Assembly (NCBI GenBank): GCA_947629555.1
Contig: CANRED010000004.1
Coordinates: 2,925 to 66,924, forward strand
DNA from: an uncultured Clostridia bacterium
GTDB lineage: Bacteria > Bacillota > Clostridia > TANB77 > CAG-508
Direction of reading: 5' to 3'
Length of the DNA: 64,000 nt
The stretch's first letter is position 1, and each line of letters starts with the position of its first letter. Under the pieces are notes generated by a model. That model saw only the letters and a list, made by a program, of their open reading frames with translations, was not told the DNA's origin and made no database searches. A program made the position numbers and the translations under genes. Of this stretch, positions 19,070 to 29,043 are shown piece after piece.

Positions 19070-19516
19070 TTATTTTATATGAAAAATATTTTTTATTTTA
19101 TTTAAAAATCTTGCAAAAATATTTTCATTAACTTTAGCTGGTAAATTTTGAGTATTAATTTCTTGACTTCTATTTTCTACTCTCTTATTAAAATTTATAT
19201 CTATATTATATTTGTTTCTTAATTCTTCTTGATAAATATTTTCATTATACTGTAAAACTTTTTTTAGATTTTCTTTTTCAGTTTCCGTTGCAAAATAGTC
19301 TCTAAACAAAACTAAAATTGTAGAGTTAGCTTCTCTTGATATGTTTTGTTGTTTTAAATCCTTCGTAGTATCAATTTGGAACTTATATTCATTGTCTTTA
19401 TTTTGTTCAAAAAAGTCAATTACATCATTTGGAATTTTAGCATATTCTTTATATGGCAACAATTTTAAACATTCCAATACTTCTACATATGCTCTCGCAT
19501 AACGAACACTAACCAT
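19070..19516 (-). CDS. Hypothetical protein (148 aa), translationally coupled to the upstream helicase gene
   Basis: Its start codon abuts the stop of 19517..22102. I recognised no domains. Confidence 0.5.
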   Translation of the reverse strand: MVSVRYARAYVEVLECLKLLPYKEYAKIPNDVIDFFEQNKDNEYKFQIDTTKDLKQQNISREANSTILVLFRDYFATETEKENLKKVLQYNENIYQEELRNKYNIDINFNKRVENRSQEINTQNLPAKVNENIFARFLNKIKNIFHIK

Positions 19517-22102
19517 TTACTCTTCTCCTTTTTCGTTTTCTTGTGTATTTTCTCCTTTGTTTATCTCTCTACTCATAACATCTTCTGCTTCGTTAAAGGA
19601 TTCCTGTGTAGCCAAATTTTTATTATCAGTTGAAAGTGCACCTTTTATTAAATTCCTAATTGTTTTTGCCTTTTCAGATTGTTGAGTTTCATTTATTTGT
19701 TCTTCAGTAAGTGTTTCTTCTGGTTCTACTTCTTTTCTGTATTGTAAGTTCTCTTTAATTGATTTTAAATAAGCAAAACAACTTTTTTCATCTACATTTT
19801 CTTTACCAATGCAAATATTTTGTAAATTTTCTTTGATTTTAGAAAGTTCTTCTTTTTCTGAATCTGTTATAAATCCATCATTCTCTAATTCATCTAAATT
19901 AAATGTAACTCCTTTTTTTCTCACACTGTGATCTAATTTTATTATTGCTTTCTTTTCTATTTGTCTTATTCTCTCACTGATTACATTAAATTCTTTTCCA
20001 ACACTTTCTAAATCATTAGGCAATCCCTCTCTTGTTAAATCATATCTTCTTTCTATTATTTTCTTTTCTCTTTCTGTTAATTCGCTTAGTGCTTCTTTAA
20101 GTAACTCACTTGAATATACTATTAATCCATCATTATAGATGCTTTTGCTATTAGCCACTATTTCTTTTATCAACTTGTCATATCCTAAGTTATTATTAGC
20201 ATCTACATCAATAGTATCTTTTATTATTAACTTTGCTATATCAATATCAAATTCATTTTCCAATTTACCACTCATATATAAGCTACCAAAATTTTCCATA
20301 GTCCCATAATTTGATATTATGTATTCTGTCTGCATTTCTGTTTTACCATATTTTTTTGCTAATTCTTCTATTCTCTTTGGATATCCAAATACTCCTCTAA
20401 TATTTCCTTCTTTGCATTTTTCAATTTGCTCTTTTTCAAGTTTATTTTGTAATTTTCTAGCTCTTACATACTCATAATACTTTTGCATTTTTTCATATTC
20501 TGCCAGTATTTGTTGGTATTCTTCATCTGTTTTTGAATACTCTTTTAAAATTTCACTTGGAACACTAGGTGACATTCTAGCCTTTGGATATTTTGCATTC
20601 CATTCAACTAAAGCATTAATTTTTTCATCTATTGTCGAATCAAATTGCCTTTCTAAAATACCTAAATTTTCTAATCTATCTAGTTGTTCTTCTGTAGGAT
20701 TTATAATAATTTTTTCACTATTTTCTCTATTTAATGCACTCCTAATTTGTATAGCCCAAGCTCCTATTGGATAACCTTCAAATATAGTATTTCCTACCAA
20801 TTCATCTCCTGTTAGTGAAAATTTTTCAAATATTTGTATTTTTTCTTCTAGTGATATTTTTTTCCTTTGAGATAATTCCTCTATTTTTTTTGCAATTTCC
20901 CTAAATTCTTTTGTTTTATCGAATATTGAGATTTTGCTTATTTTTGCTTCTTTTGTTTTTTCTTTTCCTTCATTGCCCTTGTATTCCTTCATTTTTTCTA
21001 CAAAATCTTCTATTATTTTACAAGAGTCAAAATTATTTACTAAATCTAGCACAACAGGTTTTTTGTCTCCTCCAACTGTTAGAGCTCTACCCAATTGTTG
21101 AGTATATATTGTAGGAGAAAATGTTGGTCTCATCATAACTACACCATCTAAGCCATTTACATGGTATCCCTCATTAAGCATATCTACTGCATATAATAAT
21201 TTTAATGTATTATCATCAGTATCTTGTTCAAATTCTGTCAATATTTTATCAGCTTCTTTTATTTTAGATGAAACAGCTCTAACTGTTATGTTAGGATTTA
21301 CCTTTCCAAACATTTTTTGTGCTTGCTCTATCTTTTCATTCATATCTTCTATATTTCTGCAAAATACAATATACTTCCCATTTTGGTTTTGCATATGTTT
21401 AGAAAATAACTCTGGTAAATTTTGTGTATTTTCATCTAGCTTTTCTTTTAAACCATTAAATAAATTTTGTGCTTGTTCTTTCCTTTCTTTATCTTTTATT
21501 TTATCTATATTTAATTGCATATCTTCTAATTGTTTATCATAGCCATATAATGTACTCACATATGTTGCTTCTGGAAGTATTCCTCTTTCCATTGCTTCTT
21601 CTAATGACATTTCTGATACTACATTATTCTCAAACAACTCATCTGCCATATCTCTTAATCCATCGAAATATCTTAATGGTGTTGCTGACAATCCTAATAT
21701 ATTTGCATTTGCATTACTATTAATTAATCTTTCAACACCTTTTCCCCATTCTGGTGCACCACAATGATGGAACTCGTCTAAAATAATTATATCAGCACTT
21801 AATTTTCCTATTTCTTCATCTGACAAAGTCATTAATTTTTGATAAGTTATTCTTTTAAGTTTAGGGAAATCCTCCATCGTCATTCCCTCTGCAAAAATAT
21901 TCTTTTTTACATCATGCAATATTGCATTTGATGGTGCTACATATACTGCATTTTTTTCATTATTTTCTTCTAAAAGTTTTAGTGCAATAAACATCTTCCC
22001 TGTACCTGTTGGATGTATTACAGCAACTTTATTTGTTTCTTGCATTTTATCAGTAACTTTTTTATATGTTTCTAAATTATGTGGTTTTAATTCAATACTC
22101 AA
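19517..22102 (-). CDS. SF2 (ResIII/DEAH-type) helicase fused to a helicase-associated (HA) domain and a C-terminal sigma-70 region-4-like HTH
   Basis: Helicase motifs present are motif I HPTGTGKMF, motif II IIILDEFHH, motif III GLSATP and motif VI TQQLGRALT. The HA-like segment is GYPIGAWAIQIRSAL...TEEQLDRLENLGI. The region 4.2-like segment is LTEREKKIIERRYDL...SVGKEFNVISERIRQIEKKAIIKL. Confidence 0.75.
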   Translation of the reverse strand: MSIELKPHNLETYKKVTDKMQETNKVAVIHPTGTGKMFIALKLLEENNEKNAVYVAPSNAILHDVKKNIFAEGMTMEDFPKLKRITYQKLMTLSDEEIGKLSADIIILDEFHHCGAPEWGKGVERLINSNANANILGLSATPLRYFDGLRDMADELFENNVVSEMSLEEAMERGILPEATYVSTLYGYDKQLEDMQLNIDKIKDKERKEQAQNLFNGLKEKLDENTQNLPELFSKHMQNQNGKYIVFCRNIEDMNEKIEQAQKMFGKVNPNITVRAVSSKIKEADKILTEFEQDTDDNTLKLLYAVDMLNEGYHVNGLDGVVMMRPTFSPTIYTQQLGRALTVGGDKKPVVLDLVNNFDSCKIIEDFVEKMKEYKGNEGKEKTKEAKISKISIFDKTKEFREIAKKIEELSQRKKISLEEKIQIFEKFSLTGDELVGNTIFEGYPIGAWAIQIRSALNRENSEKIIINPTEEQLDRLENLGILERQFDSTIDEKINALVEWNAKYPKARMSPSVPSEILKEYSKTDEEYQQILAEYEKMQKYYEYVRARKLQNKLEKEQIEKCKEGNIRGVFGYPKRIEELAKKYGKTEMQTEYIISNYGTMENFGSLYMSGKLENEFDIDIAKLIIKDTIDVDANNNLGYDKLIKEIVANSKSIYNDGLIVYSSELLKEALSELTEREKKIIERRYDLTREGLPNDLESVGKEFNVISERIRQIEKKAIIKLDHSVRKKGVTFNLDELENDGFITDSEKEELSKIKENLQNICIGKENVDEKSCFAYLKSIKENLQYRKEVEPEETLTEEQINETQQSEKAKTIRNLIKGALSTDNKNLATQESFNEAEDVMSREINKGENTQENEKGEE

Positions 22103-22269
22103 TTTATATCACCTCAAATATGCTTTTTAACTACATTATTATAACATAAAATACCCTAAAACCGGGTATTATGAAAAAATTTAATATAAAATTAATATTA
22201 TTGTAATATTTTTGAAATGTTTTATGCCCATTGGAAACATCCAATGGGCATTTTTATCATTTTCTTATT

Positions 22270-23631
22270 CTACTTTAATTCTAATAAATTCACTACTTCA
22301 CAATGGCTTGTATAAGGGAACATATCTACAGGTTGAACTTGCTTTAATACGTATTTTTCTTCTAGCAATTTTATATCTCTGGCTAAGGTTGCAGGATTAC
22401 AACTTACATAAACAATCTTTTTTGGCATTACCTTTAACAAGGTTTCAATCGTTATATTATCGCAACCTTTTCTTGGAGGATCAATAAAAGCAACATCTGC
22501 AGATATCTTTCTTTTTTCTATTAAGTCTGGTAATACTTTTTCCACTTCTCCTGCAAAAAATTCAGCATTATTAACATTGTTAAATCTTGCATTTTCTTTT
22601 GCATCTTCTATTGCTTGTTCTACAGCCTCTATTCCATATACATACTTTACCTTATCTGATGCAAATATTCCAATTGTTCCTATTCCACAATATAAATCAA
22701 ATACTGTTTCATTTCCTGTTAAATTAGCATATTCTATGGCTTTATTGTACAATACTTCTGTTTGAACTGGATTTACTTGATAAAATGATAATGGAGAAAT
22801 TTTAAATTTATATTTTCCTAAAATATCGTAAATATATCCTTCTCCATATATTATTTTGTTTTCACTACCTAATATAACATTTGTATTTTTTGTATTATAA
22901 TTTTTTACTATGGTTTTGATTTCTGTATATTTACTTGTTAGTTTTTTTATAAATTCATCTTCATTATTGAAATTATCATTATTTACTACAAGTGTTACCA
23001 TAATTTCATTGGTTTTTCTGCCAATTCTTATAACTATATGTCTTAAAGTTCCTTTACCAGTTGCTTCATTATATGGTTTTATATTATTTTCTACTGTAAA
23101 ATTAAATATATATTTTGCTATATCAGAACATTTTTCATTTTGGATATAGCAATTTTCTTTAGTTTCAATTATGTTATGAGTTCTTTGTGAATATATACCC
23201 ATAATAGGCTTATTTTCTTTATCTAGTCCTACTGGATATTGTAATTTATTTCTGTAATACAAAGGATTTTCCATTCCGATTGTATTGTTAACCTCTACTT
23301 CTCTATGCAATTCTTTGTATAAGCAATTCTCTACTATATTCTTTTTTATGTTTAAAGTTTCCTCATAAGAAATATGTCTTAATGTACAGCCTCCACATTT
23401 TGAAAAAGTTTTGCAATCTACATTTATTCTATTTGGGGAAGAACTTATTATCTCTAATATCTTTCCATAAGCAAATGATTTTGCTACCTTTAAAATTAAT
23501 ATCTTTACCTTTTCACCTTTAATTGCTCCTTGAATAAATATCGTAAAATCATTTATTTTAGCAATTCCCTCTCCATTATATCCATTATCTATTATATTTA
23601 CAACATATTCTTGATTTTTTTGTATCTCCAT
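22270..23631 (-). CDS. rlmD: 23S rRNA (uracil-5)-methyltransferase RlmD/RumA (TRAM domain, Fe-S cluster, SAM-dependent MTase)
   Basis: There is an N-terminal TRAM domain, the cluster CKTFSKCGGCTLRH, and a C-terminal class I MTase region. Confidence 0.85.
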   Translation of the reverse strand: MEIQKNQEYVVNIIDNGYNGEGIAKINDFTIFIQGAIKGEKVKILILKVAKSFAYGKILEIISSSPNRINVDCKTFSKCGGCTLRHISYEETLNIKKNIVENCLYKELHREVEVNNTIGMENPLYYRNKLQYPVGLDKENKPIMGIYSQRTHNIIETKENCYIQNEKCSDIAKYIFNFTVENNIKPYNEATGKGTLRHIVIRIGRKTNEIMVTLVVNNDNFNNEDEFIKKLTSKYTEIKTIVKNYNTKNTNVILGSENKIIYGEGYIYDILGKYKFKISPLSFYQVNPVQTEVLYNKAIEYANLTGNETVFDLYCGIGTIGIFASDKVKYVYGIEAVEQAIEDAKENARFNNVNNAEFFAGEVEKVLPDLIEKRKISADVAFIDPPRKGCDNITIETLLKVMPKKIVYVSCNPATLARDIKLLEEKYVLKQVQPVDMFPYTSHCEVVNLLELK

Positions 23632-23710
23632 AAAATCTCCTATTCAAGTGCACATTTTTTACGTCTTCAATGTGCAATTTATTATCCATCTTTTATTACT
23701 TGAAATATTT

Positions 23711-24211
23711 TTATATAAGATTCATTTTAATTAAAATATCTTCTAAATATTCATTTTTGTCAATAAATATAACATTTTTTATATTATATTCTTTTATTTT
23801 AGGATACCATAAAGTAACTTTATCCTTAATTCTTTGGGCCCATTCTTCAGTATTTCCTCTATCTATACATCTCTTTTTTAGAATGTCGCCAGAATCTAAC
23901 TTAGGATAAACTAAATAATAGTCAATATCATTCTTATTGAAATACTCTAATACTTCCCAATGCATCGATGTTAAAACTATATCATATTTATCTCTAGCTT
24001 TTAATATGGCATTAATATAGTTTTGCGGAAATTCTTCATTTGCTATTCTTTCTTTTTTTCCTTTATTATTTTCTATTTCTTTAAAAGTCATTTTATTTTT
24101 ATAAATCCATTGATATAGACTTGATTCTAAATCTATTATATTATCATATTTTTTTGCTAAAGTAGTTTTACCTAATCCTGTAAACCCAGCTACAATAATT
24201 CCCTTTTTCAT
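23711..24211 (-). CDS. P-loop NTPase / kinase-like hypothetical protein
   Basis: Walker A GFTGLGKTT is present. The protein is 166 aa. Confidence 0.5.
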   Translation of the reverse strand: MKKGIIVAGFTGLGKTTLAKKYDNIIDLESSLYQWIYKNKMTFKEIENNKGKKERIANEEFPQNYINAILKARDKYDIVLTSMHWEVLEYFNKNDIDYYLVYPKLDSGDILKKRCIDRGNTEEWAQRIKDKVTLWYPKIKEYNIKNVIFIDKNEYLEDILIKMNLI

Positions 24212-24374
24212 AGTTTCTCCATCAATACAAATTACAATTTATTTTGATATATTATATTAAATTTTCTAATATTTTTCAATAACATAGTTATTTTTAGTAT
24301 AATAAAAGGCTGTAAAATTGAATTTTAACTGCTATGACGTATTTTTTATAATATGCATATTGGGAACGTAAAAA

Positions 24375-24480
24375 ATGTGAAAATTAGTGAATAATGAAAA
24401 ATGAATAGTGAATGGTGAATAGTACATAAGTGCTCTTATCTACTATTTTTCAACCATTCACTATTAACTCTTCACTATTC
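24375..24480. repeat. Inverted arrays of tandem heptamers, (GAATAGT)n on the left arm and (ACTATTC)n on the right arm
   Basis: The left arm reads gtgaataatgaaaaatgaatagtgaatggtgaatagt. The right arm reads caaccattcactattaactcttcactattcacttttcact. Related arrays occur at 32262-32305 and 61017-61055. Confidence 0.55.
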
Positions 24481-24507
24481 ACTTTTCACTGCGACCGCTA
24501 GGTCGCA

Positions 24508-24527
24508 CTTATGGTGCGGATGAGAGG
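24508..24527 (-). repeat. 20-nt direct duplication of the tRNA-Leu 3' end (ggtgcggatgagaggacttg), 173 bp beyond the intact tRNA
   Basis: It is identical to 24701-24720. The sequence diverges immediately afterwards. Confidence 0.6.
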
Positions 24528-24699
24528 ACTTGCCATAGGCCGCGTCGTAAAAACAATCCAAAGGGATTGTTTTTGTTCACTTTCGGTGCTCTTGCAAGCC
24601 CCAAAAGCTGAACCACTCCTTTTCAATTCCTCTCATTTTATTAATTATTCTATAAAAATAGTTTTCTAAAAAAATAAACTTAGTCATATAAACTAAGTT

Positions 24700-24783
24700 T
24701 GGTGCGGATGAGAGGACTTGAACCCCCACGTCAAAGACACTAGATCCTAAGTCTAGCGCGTCTGCCAGTTTCGCCACATCCGC
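24700..24783 (-). tRNA. tRNA-Leu (anticodon UAG), class II with a long variable arm, with encoded CCA
   Basis: The minus strand reads GCGGATGTGGCGAAACTGGCAGACGCGCTAGACTTAGGATCTAGTGTCTTTGACGTGGGGGTTCAAGTCCTCTCATCCGCACCA. It has a 7-bp acceptor stem, the anticodon loop CTTAGGA and a TTCAAGT T-loop. A TTGACA/TAATAT promoter sits at ~24800-24840. The 66-aa ORF at 24577..24777 is spurious. Confidence 0.85.
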
Positions 24784-24851
24784 ATATTTTGTATTGACAA
24801 TATCTATATTAGCACATTTTATTGTGCTATGTCAATACAAAAGTTTTACTT

Positions 24852-25382
24852 TTATGATTTTGTTATCTCTATTATTTCATCAACCGTTTTATCTATATCT
24901 ATGTTTTCTACTGTAAAATCCGCAATTTCTTTTGCTTTTTTAAATTTTTCTTTATCTATTTTTAAACGTGTTGCTATACTCTCCTCTGTATCTCCTCTTT
25001 GTTTCATTCTATTTATTCTTTCTTGTTCGTTTACGTATACATATATAGTTATTATATTTACATTTTGCATATTTAATTCTTTTGCTCTATTTTTTATATC
25101 CTTTACTGAATCTACAATGGAAATGCATACAACATTGTCTTTTAAAGAATTAGTAGATATTCCATAATATTCATTGTTGAATTCTGCTCGTTGTAATAAT
25201 TCTCCATTTTCCCACATTTTATTAAATTCGTCTTTGCTTATAAATTTGTATTCGTTTGTGCTTTCTTCGTTGTCTCTTGGTTTTCTTGTTGTGTGATTTA
25301 TTGCTTTTTCAAAACCTTTTTCCACTAGTTTATTTAGTATTGTAGTTTTTCCTGAACCACTTTCCCCTATTAATATTATCAT
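24852..25382 (-). CDS. Guanylate kinase family protein (short)
   Basis: GESGSGKTT...TTRKPR...YGIS follows the Gmk pattern, but the protein is only 176 aa. Confidence 0.6.
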   Translation of the reverse strand: MIILIGESGSGKTTILNKLVEKGFEKAINHTTRKPRDNEESTNEYKFISKDEFNKMWENGELLQRAEFNNEYYGISTNSLKDNVVCISIVDSVKDIKNRAKELNMQNVNIITIYVYVNEQERINRMKQRGDTEESIATRLKIDKEKFKKAKEIADFTVENIDIDKTVDEIIEITKS

Positions 25383-25413
25383 TTTTTCTCCTTTTATATC
25401 ATTTTTTCCACGG

Positions 25414-25447
25414 GACGGGTTGCATAGTATGCAACCCCTACACTATT
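25414..25447 (+). repeat. GC hairpin / CCCTACA element abutting the dnaE stop codon
   Basis: gacgggttgcatagtatgcaacccctacactattcttcac. Confidence 0.55.
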
Positions 25448-28400
25448 CTTCACAGATTTTTGCATTTTCTTGACCAACTATTTCTTGTATTTGTTGCAAT
25501 AAATCATTTTGATAGAATATTCCTCCTGCCGGTTTTTCTTCCGCTTGATTTACTATTATAACTTGTAAATTATTATTGTCTCCATTAAAGAATTTTAATA
25601 GTCCTCTTAATTTATTTTTTTCTTCCTCATTAAGGTTTGTTATATCTATTTTTAATGCCTTTTTTGTTTGTTTTTTTAATTCTCTTATATTATTTGCAAC
25701 TATTTTTACATCTTCGTCTTCTCTTATGCTAAGTCTTCCTTCTACTAAAACTATGTTGTCTTGCATTAACAAATTAGATGATTTATTATAGCAACTGTCA
25801 AATACAATTACTTCACATGTTCCATATAAATCTTCTATTGTTACAAATGCCATTATTGTGTTATTTTTTGTATATTTTTTCTTTACAGATGTTACAATTC
25901 CCGCATATTTTACTATCTGTCCATCTTTTTCTAATTTATTTTCTTCCATCAACTCTGCCATTTGAATTGTGTTTATATTGGTTTGTGCTTCTATTTCTTC
26001 TCTCATTTTGTTTAGTGGATGACCAGATATATATATACCAAGCATTTCTTTTTCCATTGATAAAAGTTCTTTATCATTAAATTCTTTCATTTCTGTAAAG
26101 TTATATTTTATATCGTCTAATTTTTGCTCCTCTATTTGCAAATCAAACATTGTAACCTGTCCTGCTAAACTTTTCTTTGATGAAGTGTTTATTGTATCTA
26201 ATATTCCCTCAAAAGATGCAAGTAAAGTACTTCTAGTTTGTCCGAATTCGTCAAATGCACCTGCCTTTATTAGTGATTCAATACATTTTTTATTAACAGT
26301 TTCTGACTGTATTCTTTCGCAGAAATCTGTAAAACTTGTGTAATCGCCATTATTCTTTCTTTCTTCTACAATAGCATCTACCGCATTTACACCAACGTTT
26401 TTAACACTGCCTAAACCAAATCTTATTTGATTTCCATATACTGCAAATTTTGTGTAACTTTTATTTATACTTGGTTTTAGTATTTCTATTCCTAGTTTTC
26501 TACATTCATCTATATATATTGGTACTTTATCCAAATTGCCTAAAAAGCTATTTAAAGTTGCTGCCATAAATTCTGCTGGATAATATGCTTTTAAGTATGC
26601 AGTCCTATATGATACAACTGCATAAGCTGCTGCATGTGATTTGTTAAAAGCATATTTTGCAAATTCTGCCATTTCATCAAATATTTTATTAGCATCTGCT
26701 TCACTTATACCATTTCTAACGCAACCCGGTATTATTACATTTCCCTGCTCATCTGTTTGACCATGTATAAAATATTCTCTTTCTTTTGCCATAACATCTA
26801 GTTTTTTCTTTCCCATTGCTCTTCTTACTAAGTCTGCTCTACCTAAAGAATATCCTGCTAAATCTCTTACTATTTGCATAACCTGCTCTTGGTATACCAT
26901 ACAGCCATAAGTTACATTTAATATTGGCTCTAACGCTGGATGAGTATATTCTGCATGTTCTGGGTCTAATTTATTTTTTATATATCTTGGAATTTGATCC
27001 ATAGGTCCTGGTCTATATAATGAAACTCCTGCAATTATATCCTCTAAACTATCTGGCTTTAATTCCTTCATAAAGTTTGTCATTCCAGCACTTTCAAATT
27101 GGAATATTCCGCAAGTTTTTCCTTCTGCCCATAGTTTATACACGTTAGGATCATTCATATCTTTATCAAATTCTACATCTATATTTCTGCACTTCTTTAC
27201 AAATTTTATTGCATCTGATATTACTGTTAGTGTTCTTAAGCCTAAAAAGTCCATTTTTAATAAACCTAGTTCTTCAAGTATTGTCATTGTATATTGAGTT
27301 GATATAGATGTATCGTTTAAATAAAGCGGTACGTAACTTACAACTGGGTCTTTTGTTATAACTACACCACAAGCATGAGTTGATGCTTGCCTTGGCATTC
27401 CTTCCAATCCCATAGCTACATCTAATACTTTTTTAGTTGTTTCATCTGTATCATATAATTCTTTTAGTTCTCTATTTTGCTCTAATGCTTTTTGTATTGT
27501 AATGTGTAACTCAAATGGTATCATTTTAGCCAATTTATCTGTTTCAGCATAAGGAACATCCAATGCTCTTCCAACATCTCTTATAACCATTCTTGCGGCC
27601 ATTGTTCCAAAAGTTATAATTTGTGATACATGGTCTGCACCGTATTTTCTTGCAACATAATCTATAACTTCTTGTCTTCTTTCATAGCAAAAGTCTACGT
27701 CAAAGTCTGGCATACTTATTCTTTCAGGATTTAAAAATCTTTCAAACAGTAAATTATATTTTATTGGATCTATATCTGTAATTCCAATTACATAAGCCGC
27801 TATTGAGCCTGCACCAGAGCCACGACCTGGCCCTACTGATATGTTTTGAGATTTTGCCCAATTTATAAAGTCCCAAACAATAAGGTAATAATCCACATAT
27901 CCCATTTTTTCTATAACAGATATTTCATACTCTAATCTATCTAAAATTTCTTTTGATGGATTTTCTCCATAACGCCTTATTAGTCCATCGTTACATAATT
28001 TTCTAAAATATTCTGCATGGGTTTTATATTCTGGTGGTACATCATAATTAGGTAATTTTGTTACACCAAATTCAAATTCTACATTACATTGTTCTGCAAT
28101 TTTAACTGTATTTTCTATTACTTCTGGTAAATTTTTAAAATACTCACTCATTTCTTCTGGTGACTTTACATAGAATTCGTCTACTGTCATTCTCATTCTA
28201 TCTTCATCACTCATTTTTTTACCAGTTTGAATACATAATAGTACTTCATGATTATATGCATCTTCTTTTTTTAAATAATGGCAATCATTTGTTGCAACTA
28301 ATGGTATATCTAATTCTCTACCTATTTCTATCAATTTTTGATTTGCTAAAACTTGTTCTCTCATACCATTTGGTTGTAATTCTAAATAGTAATCTTCGCC

Positions 28401-28898
28401 AAAAACGTCTTTAAACCACTTAGCAATTTCTTTTGCTTTTTGCATATCTCCTTTTAATATTTCTTTGTTTACATTTCCAGCCAAACAAGCACTTAACGCT
28501 ATTATTCCTTCATGATATTTTTCTAATATTTCAAAATCTATTCTAGGTTTATAGTAAAAGCCTTCTGTAAATCCCATAGAAACTAGTTTAGTCAAGTTTT
28601 TGTAACCTTCATTATTTTTGGCAAGCAATATTAAATGTGCTGGATGATTATCTATATTTGCCTCTTTTTGAAATCTGCTTCTTGGAGCAACATATACCTC
28701 ACATCCTATAATAGGTTTTATTCCTTGTTTTTTACATTCTTTATAAAATTCTATTGCACCAAACATAACTCCATGGTCTGTAATTGCAATAGAATCCATT
28801 CCTAATTCTTTTGTTCTTGCAACTAAATCTTTTATTCTATTAGCTCCATCTAGTAAGCTATACTCTGTATGGACATGTAAATGCACAAAATTTGACAT
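25443..28898 (-). CDS. dnaE: DNA polymerase III subunit alpha
   Basis: MSNFVHLHVHTEYSLLDGA is the PHP-domain N-terminus. The 1151-aa protein has a polymerase core and OB-fold. Confidence 0.95.
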   Translation of the reverse strand: MSNFVHLHVHTEYSLLDGANRIKDLVARTKELGMDSIAITDHGVMFGAIEFYKECKKQGIKPIIGCEVYVAPRSRFQKEANIDNHPAHLILLAKNNEGYKNLTKLVSMGFTEGFYYKPRIDFEILEKYHEGIIALSACLAGNVNKEILKGDMQKAKEIAKWFKDVFGEDYYLELQPNGMREQVLANQKLIEIGRELDIPLVATNDCHYLKKEDAYNHEVLLCIQTGKKMSDEDRMRMTVDEFYVKSPEEMSEYFKNLPEVIENTVKIAEQCNVEFEFGVTKLPNYDVPPEYKTHAEYFRKLCNDGLIRRYGENPSKEILDRLEYEISVIEKMGYVDYYLIVWDFINWAKSQNISVGPGRGSGAGSIAAYVIGITDIDPIKYNLLFERFLNPERISMPDFDVDFCYERRQEVIDYVARKYGADHVSQIITFGTMAARMVIRDVGRALDVPYAETDKLAKMIPFELHITIQKALEQNRELKELYDTDETTKKVLDVAMGLEGMPRQASTHACGVVITKDPVVSYVPLYLNDTSISTQYTMTILEELGLLKMDFLGLRTLTVISDAIKFVKKCRNIDVEFDKDMNDPNVYKLWAEGKTCGIFQFESAGMTNFMKELKPDSLEDIIAGVSLYRPGPMDQIPRYIKNKLDPEHAEYTHPALEPILNVTYGCMVYQEQVMQIVRDLAGYSLGRADLVRRAMGKKKLDVMAKEREYFIHGQTDEQGNVIIPGCVRNGISEADANKIFDEMAEFAKYAFNKSHAAAYAVVSYRTAYLKAYYPAEFMAATLNSFLGNLDKVPIYIDECRKLGIEILKPSINKSYTKFAVYGNQIRFGLGSVKNVGVNAVDAIVEERKNNGDYTSFTDFCERIQSETVNKKCIESLIKAGAFDEFGQTRSTLLASFEGILDTINTSSKKSLAGQVTMFDLQIEEQKLDDIKYNFTEMKEFNDKELLSMEKEMLGIYISGHPLNKMREEIEAQTNINTIQMAELMEENKLEKDGQIVKYAGIVTSVKKKYTKNNTIMAFVTIEDLYGTCEVIVFDSCYNKSSNLLMQDNIVLVEGRLSIREDEDVKIVANNIRELKKQTKKALKIDITNLNEEEKNKLRGLLKFFNGDNNNLQVIIVNQAEEKPAGGIFYQNDLLQQIQEIVGQENAKICEE

Positions 28899-29043
28899 AT
28901 ATTTCTCACCTTTAATAAATTATTGTAATATTTATATCATAAATTATAAAAAAAGAAAAGGGCAAGCCTTTCCTTTTTTATTATATATATTATATATAAT
29001 AATTCATTGCAATATAAAATTGCAATATAATACGGTAATTATA

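Noticed and set aside
24508-24620. A second tRNA gene next to tRNA-Leu.
   Set aside because: Only the 3' 20 nt match. No complementary 5' acceptor strand, D-arm or anticodon arm can be drawn from the sequence. I treat it as a duplicated 3' fragment.
24577-24777. A 66-aa minus-strand ORF from the ORF track.
   Set aside because: It overlaps the tRNA-Leu gene and its duplicated 3' fragment, so it is spurious.
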